This document shows positions 49,965 through 57,644 of a DNA stretch of 64,000 nt, piece by piece. This DNA comes from an uncultured Gammaproteobacteria bacterium (GTDB lineage: Bacteria > Patescibacteriota > Microgenomatia > Daviesbacterales > UBA10151). The stretch is from NCBI GenBank assembly GCA_964446685.1, contig CAYUPO010000007.1:233-64232 (forward strand). The letters are read 5' to 3'. The position numbers were made by a program, and so were the translations under genes. Positions within the stretch are counted from its first letter, which is position 1. Each line of letters begins with the position of its first letter. Below the pieces are notes generated by a model that worked only from the letters and a program-made list of their open reading frames with translations, made no database searches and was not told the origin of the DNA.

Positions 49965-50842
49965 TTTATTTTTATTTGTAGAAATTCCTGAATTCCTTCT
50001 TTATTTGATTTTAAAATTTCAGTTCCAAATTTTTCTTCAAATTTTTTGACTGACATCCAGCTGTTATGAGGTCGAGGTGCGATTCTTCCGGCGTTAAATT
50101 CGGCGAATTTAACTGGTAATATCTTACTGTTATCCAAATTGGATTGCAGAGCTACTTCTTGTGCAAAATCGAAAGGGGTAATACTGTCAGATGAAGCAAT
50201 CTGCCAGATGCCGCCGGCTTTTTGATCCATGATCTTCTGAAAAGCTCTGACTGCAAAGTCTACAAAAACTGGTGTTATCTGTTGATCTTCTATCGCTTTT
50301 ATCTCTTTACCTTCTTTTAGACTATCCAAGAAAAAACGGGCAAAATCCTTTCTTTTTTCAAAGACAGCTGAATACGGCATCTCCGGACGGACAATCGTAA
50401 AGTTTGGATCAACTGCTAAGACAAACTCTTCGGCCTGTCTTTTGGTTTTGCCATACCAATTGACTGGGTTTGGTGCATCTTCCTCTGTATAAGGAGAATC
50501 AGATTTCTGACCATCAAATACATAGTCTGTTGAAACATGCACTAAATGCTTCCCTGACTTTTGGCATTCCTGAGCCAAAATTTGCGGGGTTAGCGAGTTC
50601 AGCCGATAGACAACCCCACCTTTATCTTCATTTTCATTCTGGCAGTTATCAACATTAGTGATAGCAACTAAATTTAAAACCATTTCGGCATCAGAACCAG
50701 CCAGATATCTGGCAATTTCTTTTTCATTAAGCAGATCAAGATCATCATGTGAAGGAGAATCAATAGTAAATGCATCCTTAGTAAGTTCTCTAAAACGAGA
50801 ACCTACCAAACCACTCCCACCTAATACAATTATTTTTTTCAT
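49961..50842 (-). CDS. rfbD: dTDP-4-dehydrorhamnose reductase
   Basis: 293 aa. MKKIIVLGGSGLVGSRF...VHVSTDYVFDG...YGKTK motifs of RmlD. Confidence 0.8.
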   Translation of the reverse strand: MKKIIVLGGSGLVGSRFRELTKDAFTIDSPSHDDLDLLNEKEIARYLAGSDAEMVLNLVAITNVDNCQNENEDKGGVVYRLNSLTPQILAQECQKSGKHLVHVSTDYVFDGQKSDSPYTEEDAPNPVNWYGKTKRQAEEFVLAVDPNFTIVRPEMPYSAVFEKRKDFARFFLDSLKEGKEIKAIEDQQITPVFVDFAVRAFQKIMDQKAGGIWQIASSDSITPFDFAQEVALQSNLDNSKILPVKFAEFNAGRIAPRPHNSWMSVKKFEEKFGTEILKSNKEGIQEFLQIKIN

Positions 50843-50869
50843 ATTTTATATCTAATTTCTACACATTAC

Positions 50870-51120
50870 GTCATTGCGAGCGAAATAACCAAGAATAAAA
50901 GGCGAAGCAATCTCGCGTCCTAGAATTACCATTGTAATAAAGTTAACTCTTGGCAACAGATTGCTTCGTAGTTCGTTCCTCACTCCTCGCAATGACGGTT
51001 CCCGTCTTGCTCACTTTGTTCACAATGACGGTTCCCGTCTTGCTCACTTTGTTCACAATGACGGTTCCCGTCTTGCTCACTTTGTTCACAATGAGCAAGC
51101 TCTCGCTACGCGATGACGGT
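50870..51120. repeat. Palindromic intergenic element, copy B (between rfbC and rfbD), carrying an internal tandem repeat
   Basis: CGTCATTGCGAGCGAAAT...GAAGCAATCTCGCG...AGATTGCTTCGT...CCTCGCAATGACGG, followed by 3 x 33 bp and CGCGATGACGG. Confidence 0.75.
50988..51086. repeat. Perfect 3 x 33-bp direct tandem repeat (CACAATGACGGTTCCCGTCTTGCTCACTTTGTT), no spacers
   Basis: Units 2 and 3 are identical; unit 1 begins CGCAATG. Each unit contains the hairpin GACGGTTCCCGTC. Confidence 0.85.
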
Positions 51121-51653
51121 TAAAGAGAGGCTTTGTATTCTAATAAACTTGGATTTTTCTGGTCTTTATCTGACAAAAGCGGATTTTCTACCGGCCAATC
51201 AATTCCAAGCTCAGGATCATTCCACATTACTCCTGTTTCCGCACCGGATTTGTAATACTGATCTACCTGATATTCATAGACAGCCTGTTCTGACAAAATC
51301 AGATATGAGTTCCCTATTCCCGCCGGCATAAAGACCTTAACCCGGTTGTTATCACCAATCTCTAAAGAAATATGCTTACCAAAAGTCTGTGAATCTTTTC
51401 TTAGATCGACCAGGGTTATAAACACCCTGCCAAATGGCACATAAATCATCTTATCCCAGGGAGCAATGTGAATTCCTCTTAAAACATCTTTTTGTGAATA
51501 AGCATGATTTTCCTGAACATGCACCCATTTTCGACCCAAAGCTTCTTCAAATTCATTTCTTCGCCATGGCTCACGGAAAAAACCTCTCTCATCTTCAAAA
51601 GTTTGTCCGCCTTCTATTATTAAAATACCTGGTATGTCGGTTGTTTTAATCAT
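51120..51653 (-). CDS. rfbC: dTDP-4-dehydrorhamnose 3,5-epimerase
   Basis: Start moved to the internal ATG giving MIKTTDIPGILIIEGGQTFEDERGFF (canonical RmlC N-terminus). The ...WNDPELGIDWP motif is present. 177 aa. Confidence 0.8.
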   Translation of the reverse strand: MIKTTDIPGILIIEGGQTFEDERGFFREPWRRNEFEEALGRKWVHVQENHAYSQKDVLRGIHIAPWDKMIYVPFGRVFITLVDLRKDSQTFGKHISLEIGDNNRVKVFMPAGIGNSYLILSEQAVYEYQVDQYYKSGAETGVMWNDPELGIDWPVENPLLSDKDQKNPSLLEYKASL

Positions 51654-51748
51654 ATTAATAATGTAATTCTCGACTTCGCTCGAATAATATTTATTGTTCG
51701 ACCTTGTAAGCAAAGCTTGCCTGTTGGCTATAGCCAACACTTGGAGAA

Positions 51749-52759
51749 CTACTTTTCTTCCTCAAATCCTTTCTGAGCACTTCGATCTACATTAGGCCTA
51801 TTTGTTTTGAGTGGTTTCCACCACCACTCGTTGTCTTTAAACCAATCAACTGTTATCTGCAGCCATTCTTCAAAATTATGCTCTGGCTGCCAGCCTAGTT
51901 TCTGCAGTTTAGATGAATCAATAGCATATCTAAAATCATGCCCCAGTCGATCTTCCACATATTCAATCAAAGATTCGTCCTTACCCAACATCTTAAGCAG
52001 CATCTTAGTTACTTCAACATTCTTCTTGGACTCACCTGACACACAATAAGTCTGCCCCACCACCCCTTTTTCCAAAACCAAATCAATTGCCCGGCAATGG
52101 TCATCGACATACAGCCATTCTCTGATATTTTCACCTTTACCCATCAGTGGCACTTTTTGATCTTCCAGTAAATTAGTAATAAATCGCGGAATTAATTTCT
52201 CCGGATCGTGGAAGGGCCCAAAATTATTGGCACAATTTGTAATTGTCATCGGCAGTCCATAAGTATCATGGTAAGCTCTGACTAAATGATCACTGCCAGC
52301 TTTTGAGGCAGAATATGGTGTGTGAGGATCATATTTAGTTTCTTCGTTAAATGGCAGATCGTGTTCACCAAGTGAACCAAACACTTCATCAGTCGATACG
52401 TGATGAAACCTTTTAACTTTGTTCTTTAAAGCCTGCTGCAATAAAACAGCGGTGCCATTTACATTGGTTTTTACAAAAGCCATTGGATCAAGAATTGATC
52501 TATCAACATGTGATTCAGCTGCAAAATGTACTACTACATCGACTCCATTCATCGCCTCTGCCACATCATTTACATTAGTAATATCCCCTCGCAAAAACCG
52601 ATACTTTGGATTTGATTCTAGATCTTTCAAAGACTCAATATGTCCGGCATAAGTCAGAGCATCAAGATTGACCACTTCATCATCGGAGTGATTTTTTAAC
52701 CAATATCTAACAAAGTTAGATCCAATAAAGCCGGCACCACCAGTAATTAGCAATTTCAT
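51749..52759 (-). CDS. rfbB: dTDP-glucose 4,6-dehydratase
   Basis: 336 aa. MKLLITGGAGFIGSNFVRYWL...YSASKAGSDHLVRAY (YxxxK). Confidence 0.85.
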   Translation of the reverse strand: MKLLITGGAGFIGSNFVRYWLKNHSDDEVVNLDALTYAGHIESLKDLESNPKYRFLRGDITNVNDVAEAMNGVDVVVHFAAESHVDRSILDPMAFVKTNVNGTAVLLQQALKNKVKRFHHVSTDEVFGSLGEHDLPFNEETKYDPHTPYSASKAGSDHLVRAYHDTYGLPMTITNCANNFGPFHDPEKLIPRFITNLLEDQKVPLMGKGENIREWLYVDDHCRAIDLVLEKGVVGQTYCVSGESKKNVEVTKMLLKMLGKDESLIEYVEDRLGHDFRYAIDSSKLQKLGWQPEHNFEEWLQITVDWFKDNEWWWKPLKTNRPNVDRSAQKGFEEEK

Positions 52760-52830
52760 CTTGTTTCCTTATAACGGCTTTTCGAGCTATCGCTCTTAAA
52801 GCCGGCACCACCAGTAATTAATAATTTCAT
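52756..52830 (-). other. 24-codon upstream mini-ORF (MKLLITGGAGFKSDSSKSRYKETR*) whose first 11 codons duplicate the rfbB N-terminus and whose TGA overlaps the rfbB ATG (ATGA)
   Basis: The 33-bp segment 52798-52830 near-duplicates 52728-52760. Reading the minus strand gives ATG AAA TTA TTA ATT ACT GGT GGT GCC GGC TTT AAG ... AGA TGA. Confidence 0.5.
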
Positions 52831-52912
52831 AATATTTTTCGAACGATAGTGAGAAATTTCCTAAAAAATAAAGAATTTTCTCGGATACCCTCGAAAAATA
52901 TTTAACAAATCT

Positions 52913-53770
52913 TCATTCAAGATTCATCAAATATTTTCCATACCCACTTTTTAACAAAGGTTCAGCCAGTGTTTGTAGCTGCTCTTTTGTAATAAATCCT
53001 TTTCTAAATGCCACCTCTTCAATACAACCAATCTTTAACCCCTGTCTCTCCTCTATCACCTGCACAAACTGCGAAGCCTGAGTCATGCTGGTAAAAGTTC
53101 CAGTGTCCAGCCAGGCTGTTCCTCTATCTAGCAAACTAACTTTGAGCTGACCCAGCTTTCTGTAAGCATCCAAAACAGAAGTAATCTCCACTTCTCCCCT
53201 GGGAGAAGGCTCTACATCTTTGGCAATCTGAACCACCTGGTTATCAAAAAAATAAAGCCCGGCATTAGCGTAATTTGATTTTGGGTTTTCTGGTTTTTCA
53301 ACAATCGATAAAACATTCATCTCTTTATCAAATTCATAAACTCCATATCTTTCAGGATCATGAACTGGAGCCGCAAAACCAACCCCTCCTTCAACATGCA
53401 AAAATTGAGCCAGCTGTTCACCCATCCCATAACCATAAAAAATATTATCTCCTAAAATCATCGCTACTTTATCTTTTCCGATAAATTCAGCTCCTACAAT
53501 AAACGCATCAGCTAAACCTCTTGGAGAGTCTTGCACTTTATATTCAAATTTACAACCAAGCTGGGAACCATCACCCAACAACTGCTGAAAACGGGAAACA
53601 TCCAAAGGTGTCGTAATAATCAATATTTCTTTAATTCCTGCCAACATTAAAGTTGACAAAGGATAGTAAATCATTGGTTTATCATAAATAGGCATCAGCT
53701 GTTTACTGATAGCTTTTGTCAGAGGATAAAGACGAGTACCTGACCCGCCAGCTAATATAATACCTTTCAT
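52913..53770 (-). CDS. rfbA: Glucose-1-phosphate thymidylyltransferase
   Basis: 285 aa. [46 protein letters not shown] is canonical RmlA. Confidence 0.85.
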   Translation of the reverse strand: MKGIILAGGSGTRLYPLTKAISKQLMPIYDKPMIYYPLSTLMLAGIKEILIITTPLDVSRFQQLLGDGSQLGCKFEYKVQDSPRGLADAFIVGAEFIGKDKVAMILGDNIFYGYGMGEQLAQFLHVEGGVGFAAPVHDPERYGVYEFDKEMNVLSIVEKPENPKSNYANAGLYFFDNQVVQIAKDVEPSPRGEVEITSVLDAYRKLGQLKVSLLDRGTAWLDTGTFTSMTQASQFVQVIEERQGLKIGCIEEVAFRKGFITKEQLQTLAEPLLKSGYGKYLMNLE

Positions 53771-53782
53771 AATTGTGTAATC

Positions 53783-54067
53783 TTAGCTCATTACTCCTAA
53801 TATAAGAAGAAAGGCTAAGCTTCCTACCAAAATATACTCAAAATACGTTCGAAATGTCAAACTTTTATCCATATAGTGATGCAAATAAGACAGGGCAAAA
53901 TACAAAATTACTGTAGTCGCAGCCAGTTTAAGCTGATAGGCATTATTTTCCGGATGAGTAAAAGACAGCACCACAAAACTGGCACAAAGAGGCAGAAATA
54001 GCAGATTCATCAGATGTTGGGTTATAAATTTATGCTTCATATAGAAATAACAAATTCCAAATAACAA
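53783..54067 (-). CDS. Small 3-TM membrane protein (hypothetical), first gene of the rml operon
   Basis: 94 aa and hydrophobic; stops 12 bp before the rfbA start. Confidence 0.4.
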   Translation of the reverse strand: MLFGICYFYMKHKFITQHLMNLLFLPLCASFVVLSFTHPENNAYQLKLAATTVILYFALSYLHHYMDKSLTFRTYFEYILVGSLAFLLILGVMS

Positions 54068-54182
54068 ATTTCAAACAATATCAAAATTCAAATATCAAAA
54101 ATCATAACCTATGGTTTGAGTATTTAAGTTTTTTACTTTTAATTTGTTTGTCATTTGTTGCTTGTTATTTTGAATTTTCATC

Positions 54183-55127
54183 CTAATTCCCCACTACCAT
54201 CATCACTGCCTGTTGCGTAATCTGACCTCCGGTGTTCCATAACACACTACCGGCAACAGATAGCAAAGCCAGATGCGGTAAATGTCGGGCTGATAAACGG
54301 TGAACCATTCTTCGCCGTAAAATATAAAGATCGAGAACAATCAGCACTATCAAAAGGCCAATTATAGATAAACCAATTGAACGTGAAATAGAAATAGGTC
54401 CCATTTGTAGAAGTGAAGCTTTCGTCTCACTTCCGGCTACCCTGATTGGTTGATCTACTATATTTTGAGGAGTAGTGTCAGTTTGTGGCTGAACCTCTGA
54501 TTCAACTTCTAAAATAGAAGTTGGTGATGGCTTAGCATTATTTGGTAAGGCTGCCAGCATACTTTGAGAAGGTTTACCAAACTCCTGAACTACTAAGATA
54601 GTCTTCTGCCCATTGATCATTCCCTCAGCTACTGCCATTCCGACATTAGTATATTTATTATTTACGATATTATCCCTGTGAGTTGGCGAAGCCATCCAGG
54701 CTGCCACAACTTCCGGTGAGGTTTCAAAATTACGGGCTAAATTCTCACCGGCATATGAAAATTCGTAACCTGCCCCCTGAATAAATCCCCAGGGATCTTT
54801 ACCCGAAGGAGAGTAATGTGCCCAATAATTTTCTTCAAACATATTTTGAGCTTTAGCCTGAGCTGCAATATTGAGCCGATTATCCTCTTGCAGTGGAGGC
54901 AAACCCTGCTTTGCTCTCTCCTGATTTGTCTGAGCAATTAGATCTGTTACTGATAAGGATTCTATCCCCAAAACCCCCTGACCAATCAAATTCATAGGGG
55001 TTAAACCCCTAACAACTATTTCAACCAGAAAAAAAAGCAGAAAATAAACTAAAAAAGCTTTAATAGATAGTAAATGGGCTTTTTCATGAGTACCAGGATG
55101 AGGCAGAAACAGCCGTGAGAACTTCAT
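54183..55127 (-). CDS. CAP/SCP (PR-1-like, YkwD-type) domain protein with N-terminal TM and C-terminal membrane anchor
   Basis: 314 aa. YWAHYSPSGKDPWGFIQGAGYEFSYAGENLARNF...WMASPTHRDNIVNNKYTNVGMAV are CAP-domain signature blocks. Confidence 0.65.
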   Translation of the reverse strand: MKFSRLFLPHPGTHEKAHLLSIKAFLVYFLLFFLVEIVVRGLTPMNLIGQGVLGIESLSVTDLIAQTNQERAKQGLPPLQEDNRLNIAAQAKAQNMFEENYWAHYSPSGKDPWGFIQGAGYEFSYAGENLARNFETSPEVVAAWMASPTHRDNIVNNKYTNVGMAVAEGMINGQKTILVVQEFGKPSQSMLAALPNNAKPSPTSILEVESEVQPQTDTTPQNIVDQPIRVAGSETKASLLQMGPISISRSIGLSIIGLLIVLIVLDLYILRRRMVHRLSARHLPHLALLSVAGSVLWNTGGQITQQAVMMVVGN

Positions 55128-55152
55128 AAATTTAGTATAGCATTCAGAAATA

Positions 55153-55494
55153 TTAATAGGTTAAATCAGTAACCATTTTCTTGCCGTTTACAGGTATACC
55201 CAAGGCAAATCCTAATGCATTAGCGACAGCTGCGCCAACTTTTAAACCTGTATATGATCCAGGGCCTGTTGCCACTTTTATTTCAGTTATATCCTTTAAT
55301 TCAAGTTCAGCTGCTTTTAATATCTCCTGGATTAAACTCAAAAGCGCCTGAGAACCAAATTTTTGTTCACTTTCTTTTATAAATTCTTTTTCTGTTGTTT
55401 TAAAAGTGACAACCACTTTATTGGCTAATGAGCTGTCAATCGATAATATATTCATGCCCGAATTGTAACAAATGAATCTAAAAGAAGAAAACAA
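55153..55494 (-). CDS. tsaB: Short TsaB/YeaZ-like protein (N-terminal ASKHA half only)
   Basis: 113 aa. ILSIDSS...KVATGPGSYTGLKVGAAVANALGFALGIPV matches the TsaB N-domain; the C-terminal half is absent. Confidence 0.45.
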   Translation of the reverse strand: MFSSFRFICYNSGMNILSIDSSLANKVVVTFKTTEKEFIKESEQKFGSQALLSLIQEILKAAELELKDITEIKVATGPGSYTGLKVGAAVANALGFALGIPVNGKKMVTDLTY

Positions 55495-55555
55495 TCAAAC
55501 TTTGTGAACAGCATTATATACAAATACACTGCAATACTTATAAAATAGATTCGCC

Positions 55556-56635
55556 ATGAAAATCCTACACTTCTTTAAATTCTGGAAACTTCCTAAAAAA
55601 ATCTGGATACCACTTATTTTGATCATCATTGTCGCTTTATATTTTGCTTTCAAACCGGAGACTCCAAAGGAACAGCCCGAAATAGAAAAAGTCACCCGTC
55701 AGGATATTCAATCAGTTATTTCCGCCTCAGGTACTCTAACGGGAGCTGATGTAGCGACTCTCAAATTCATTCAGGGCGGAAAACTGTCATACATCAATGT
55801 CAAAGAGGGTGATCGGGTCAAAAAAGGTCAAACTATCGCTGGACTTGATACCAAAGCTTTATCAATCCAGCTTCAACAAGCCAGAAATACCTGGCTGGCT
55901 AAAGAAGCAACAGCCAAACAAGTGGAAGATGAAGTTAAAGACCATGCTTCAGATGAAAATTTTGAACAAAAAGAAGCCCGGGTCGCAGCTCAAACAGCCA
56001 GAGATAACGCTTATGATGCAATCAGAGCGGCTGAACGAGCATTTGAAGATGCAGTAATCACCTCCCCCATCTCAGGAATTGTTACTCAGTCCTCTCCATT
56101 AGCCGGTCAAAATATCTCCGGAGCTGATGTCGTGGCTCAGGTGGTTGATGATTCAACGATTTATTTTGATACAGAAATAGATGAAGCTGACATTGGTCAG
56201 ATCAAGACCGGAATGCTGGCTCAAATTTCACTTGATGCTTACTCTGATCAAAAATTCACCGGAACCGTTGAAAAAATTATCCCCAGCACCAAAACCACCA
56301 CATCCGGAGCAACAGTGGTTATTGTCAGAATCAATATCAATAAATCTGACCTGACTTTTGTGAACGGATTAAATGGTCAGGCAGAAGTAATTACAAAAGA
56401 GGAAAAATCAGTCTTAGCCATATCACCGGATGCCATCAGAGAGGATAATATGGTTTATGTTAAACAAGGTGAAAATTTTCAGCTAGTCAAAGTAGAAACA
56501 GGACTTAGTTCAGACAATGCTATTGAGATCACCTCAGGACTGAATGAAAACCAGGAAGTTGTAACCAATCCTGAATCAATTATTCCCCCATCAACTAATC
56601 CAATCACCAGATTTATTCAAAATGTTACAAGTTAA
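55556..56635 (+). CDS. Efflux-pump periplasmic adaptor (HlyD/MacA-like membrane fusion protein)
   Basis: 359 aa. N-terminal TM segment, biotin-lipoyl-like VKEGDRVKKGQTIAGLD, a coiled-coil region and a beta-barrel-like C-terminus. Confidence 0.7.
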   Translation: MKILHFFKFWKLPKKIWIPLILIIIVALYFAFKPETPKEQPEIEKVTRQDIQSVISASGTLTGADVATLKFIQGGKLSYINVKEGDRVKKGQTIAGLDTKALSIQLQQARNTWLAKEATAKQVEDEVKDHASDENFEQKEARVAAQTARDNAYDAIRAAERAFEDAVITSPISGIVTQSSPLAGQNISGADVVAQVVDDSTIYFDTEIDEADIGQIKTGMLAQISLDAYSDQKFTGTVEKIIPSTKTTTSGATVVIVRININKSDLTFVNGLNGQAEVITKEEKSVLAISPDAIREDNMVYVKQGENFQLVKVETGLSSDNAIEITSGLNENQEVVTNPESIIPPSTNPITRFIQNVTS

Positions 56636-56661
56636 AACTAAACAATCCGACATGAACCAAA

Positions 56662-56784
56662 CGTCTTTGCGAACGAATTAACAAAGCTTTAACGTGAAGC
56701 AATCTCGCAACTGGGAATGAACAAGGCTACTAAGGAAGAACTTAAGTTTCGGATTGCTTCGTCACTTCGTTCCTCGCAATGACG
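56662..56784. repeat. Palindromic intergenic element, copy C (degenerate left terminus CGTCTTTGCGAACGAA), between the adaptor and ABC ATPase genes
   Basis: ...GAAGCAATCTCGCA...GGATTGCTTCGTCACTTCGTTCCTCGCAATGACG. The right arm is near-identical to copies A and B. Confidence 0.65.
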
Positions 56785-56804
56785 TTAAAAAGATCTGATT
56801 TCAT

Positions 56805-57494
56805 ATGTTAATACAACTAAAAAATATAAATAAAATTTACCAACTAGATGAAGATCTGACTTTTCAGGCGCTCAAGGATATCAATCTTAACATTGAGAAA
56901 GGTGAATTTGTGGCGATTGTCGGACCGTCAGGTTCAGGTAAATCTACCCTGATGAATATGATCGGACTACTTGACCGTCCAACATCAGGTACTTTCGAAC
57001 TCGATGGTCAAAATGTCGCTCATCTAAAAGATGATCATCTGGCTGAACTGAGAAACAAAAAAATTGGCTTTGTTTTTCAAAGCTTTAACTTGCTTGCCCG
57101 TACTTCAGCAGTTGATAACGTTTCTCTACCTCTTATTTATACCGGTATTCCCCGCCAGGAAAGATTAAGAAAAGCTAAAAAAGCGCTTGATCAGGTCGGT
57201 TTATCAGATAAATACAACTCTAAACCAAACCAGCTATCAGGTGGTCAGCAGCAACGTGTAGCCATTGCCAGAGCCATTGTCACAAATCCCGATATTATTC
57301 TGGCTGATGAACCAACCGGAAACTTAGACAGTAAAAGCGGCGCTGAAGCGATGGAAATGTTGGAAAATCTGCACAATGATGGCAAGACAATAATCCTGAT
57401 TACCCATGATTCAGTCACCGCCAACCACGCCAAAAGAATCATCAGAGTTAAAGACGGCGAAATAACCGATGAAAAAGGAAAGGATACTAAATAA
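56805..57494 (+). CDS. ABC transporter ATP-binding protein, MacB/LolD-type
   Basis: 229 aa. Walker A GPSGSGKST, signature LSGGQQQRVAIARA, Walker B IILADEPTGNLD. Confidence 0.85.
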   Translation: MLIQLKNINKIYQLDEDLTFQALKDINLNIEKGEFVAIVGPSGSGKSTLMNMIGLLDRPTSGTFELDGQNVAHLKDDHLAELRNKKIGFVFQSFNLLARTSAVDNVSLPLIYTGIPRQERLRKAKKALDQVGLSDKYNSKPNQLSGGQQQRVAIARAIVTNPDIILADEPTGNLDSKSGAEAMEMLENLHNDGKTIILITHDSVTANHAKRIIRVKDGEITDEKGKDTK

Positions 57495-57644
57495 TTTCTA
57501 AGTACTCTAATTAACCTAATTTCTAAAAAATGTCTAATGACAAAAATGTCAAAAGAGTTTAGAAATTAGTATTTGGAGGTTATTTAGATATTAGAAATTA
57601 GTAATGAGCAAAACTCTTGCTTCGCAATTAGAAATTTAAACACT
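57495..57644. repeat. AT-rich palindromic intergenic spacer (AATTTCTAA ... TTAGAAATT family) with a TAAGTACTCTAA core
   Basis: aatttctaagtactctaattaacctaatttctaaaaaa ... tttagaaattag ... ttagaaattag ... aattagaaattt, ending immediately before the permease ATG. Confidence 0.55.

Noticed and set aside
50988-51086. Possible CRISPR array (33-bp repeats)
   Set aside because: The three repeat units are directly adjacent with no spacers, and no cas genes are nearby. It is a simple tandem duplication inside the palindromic element.
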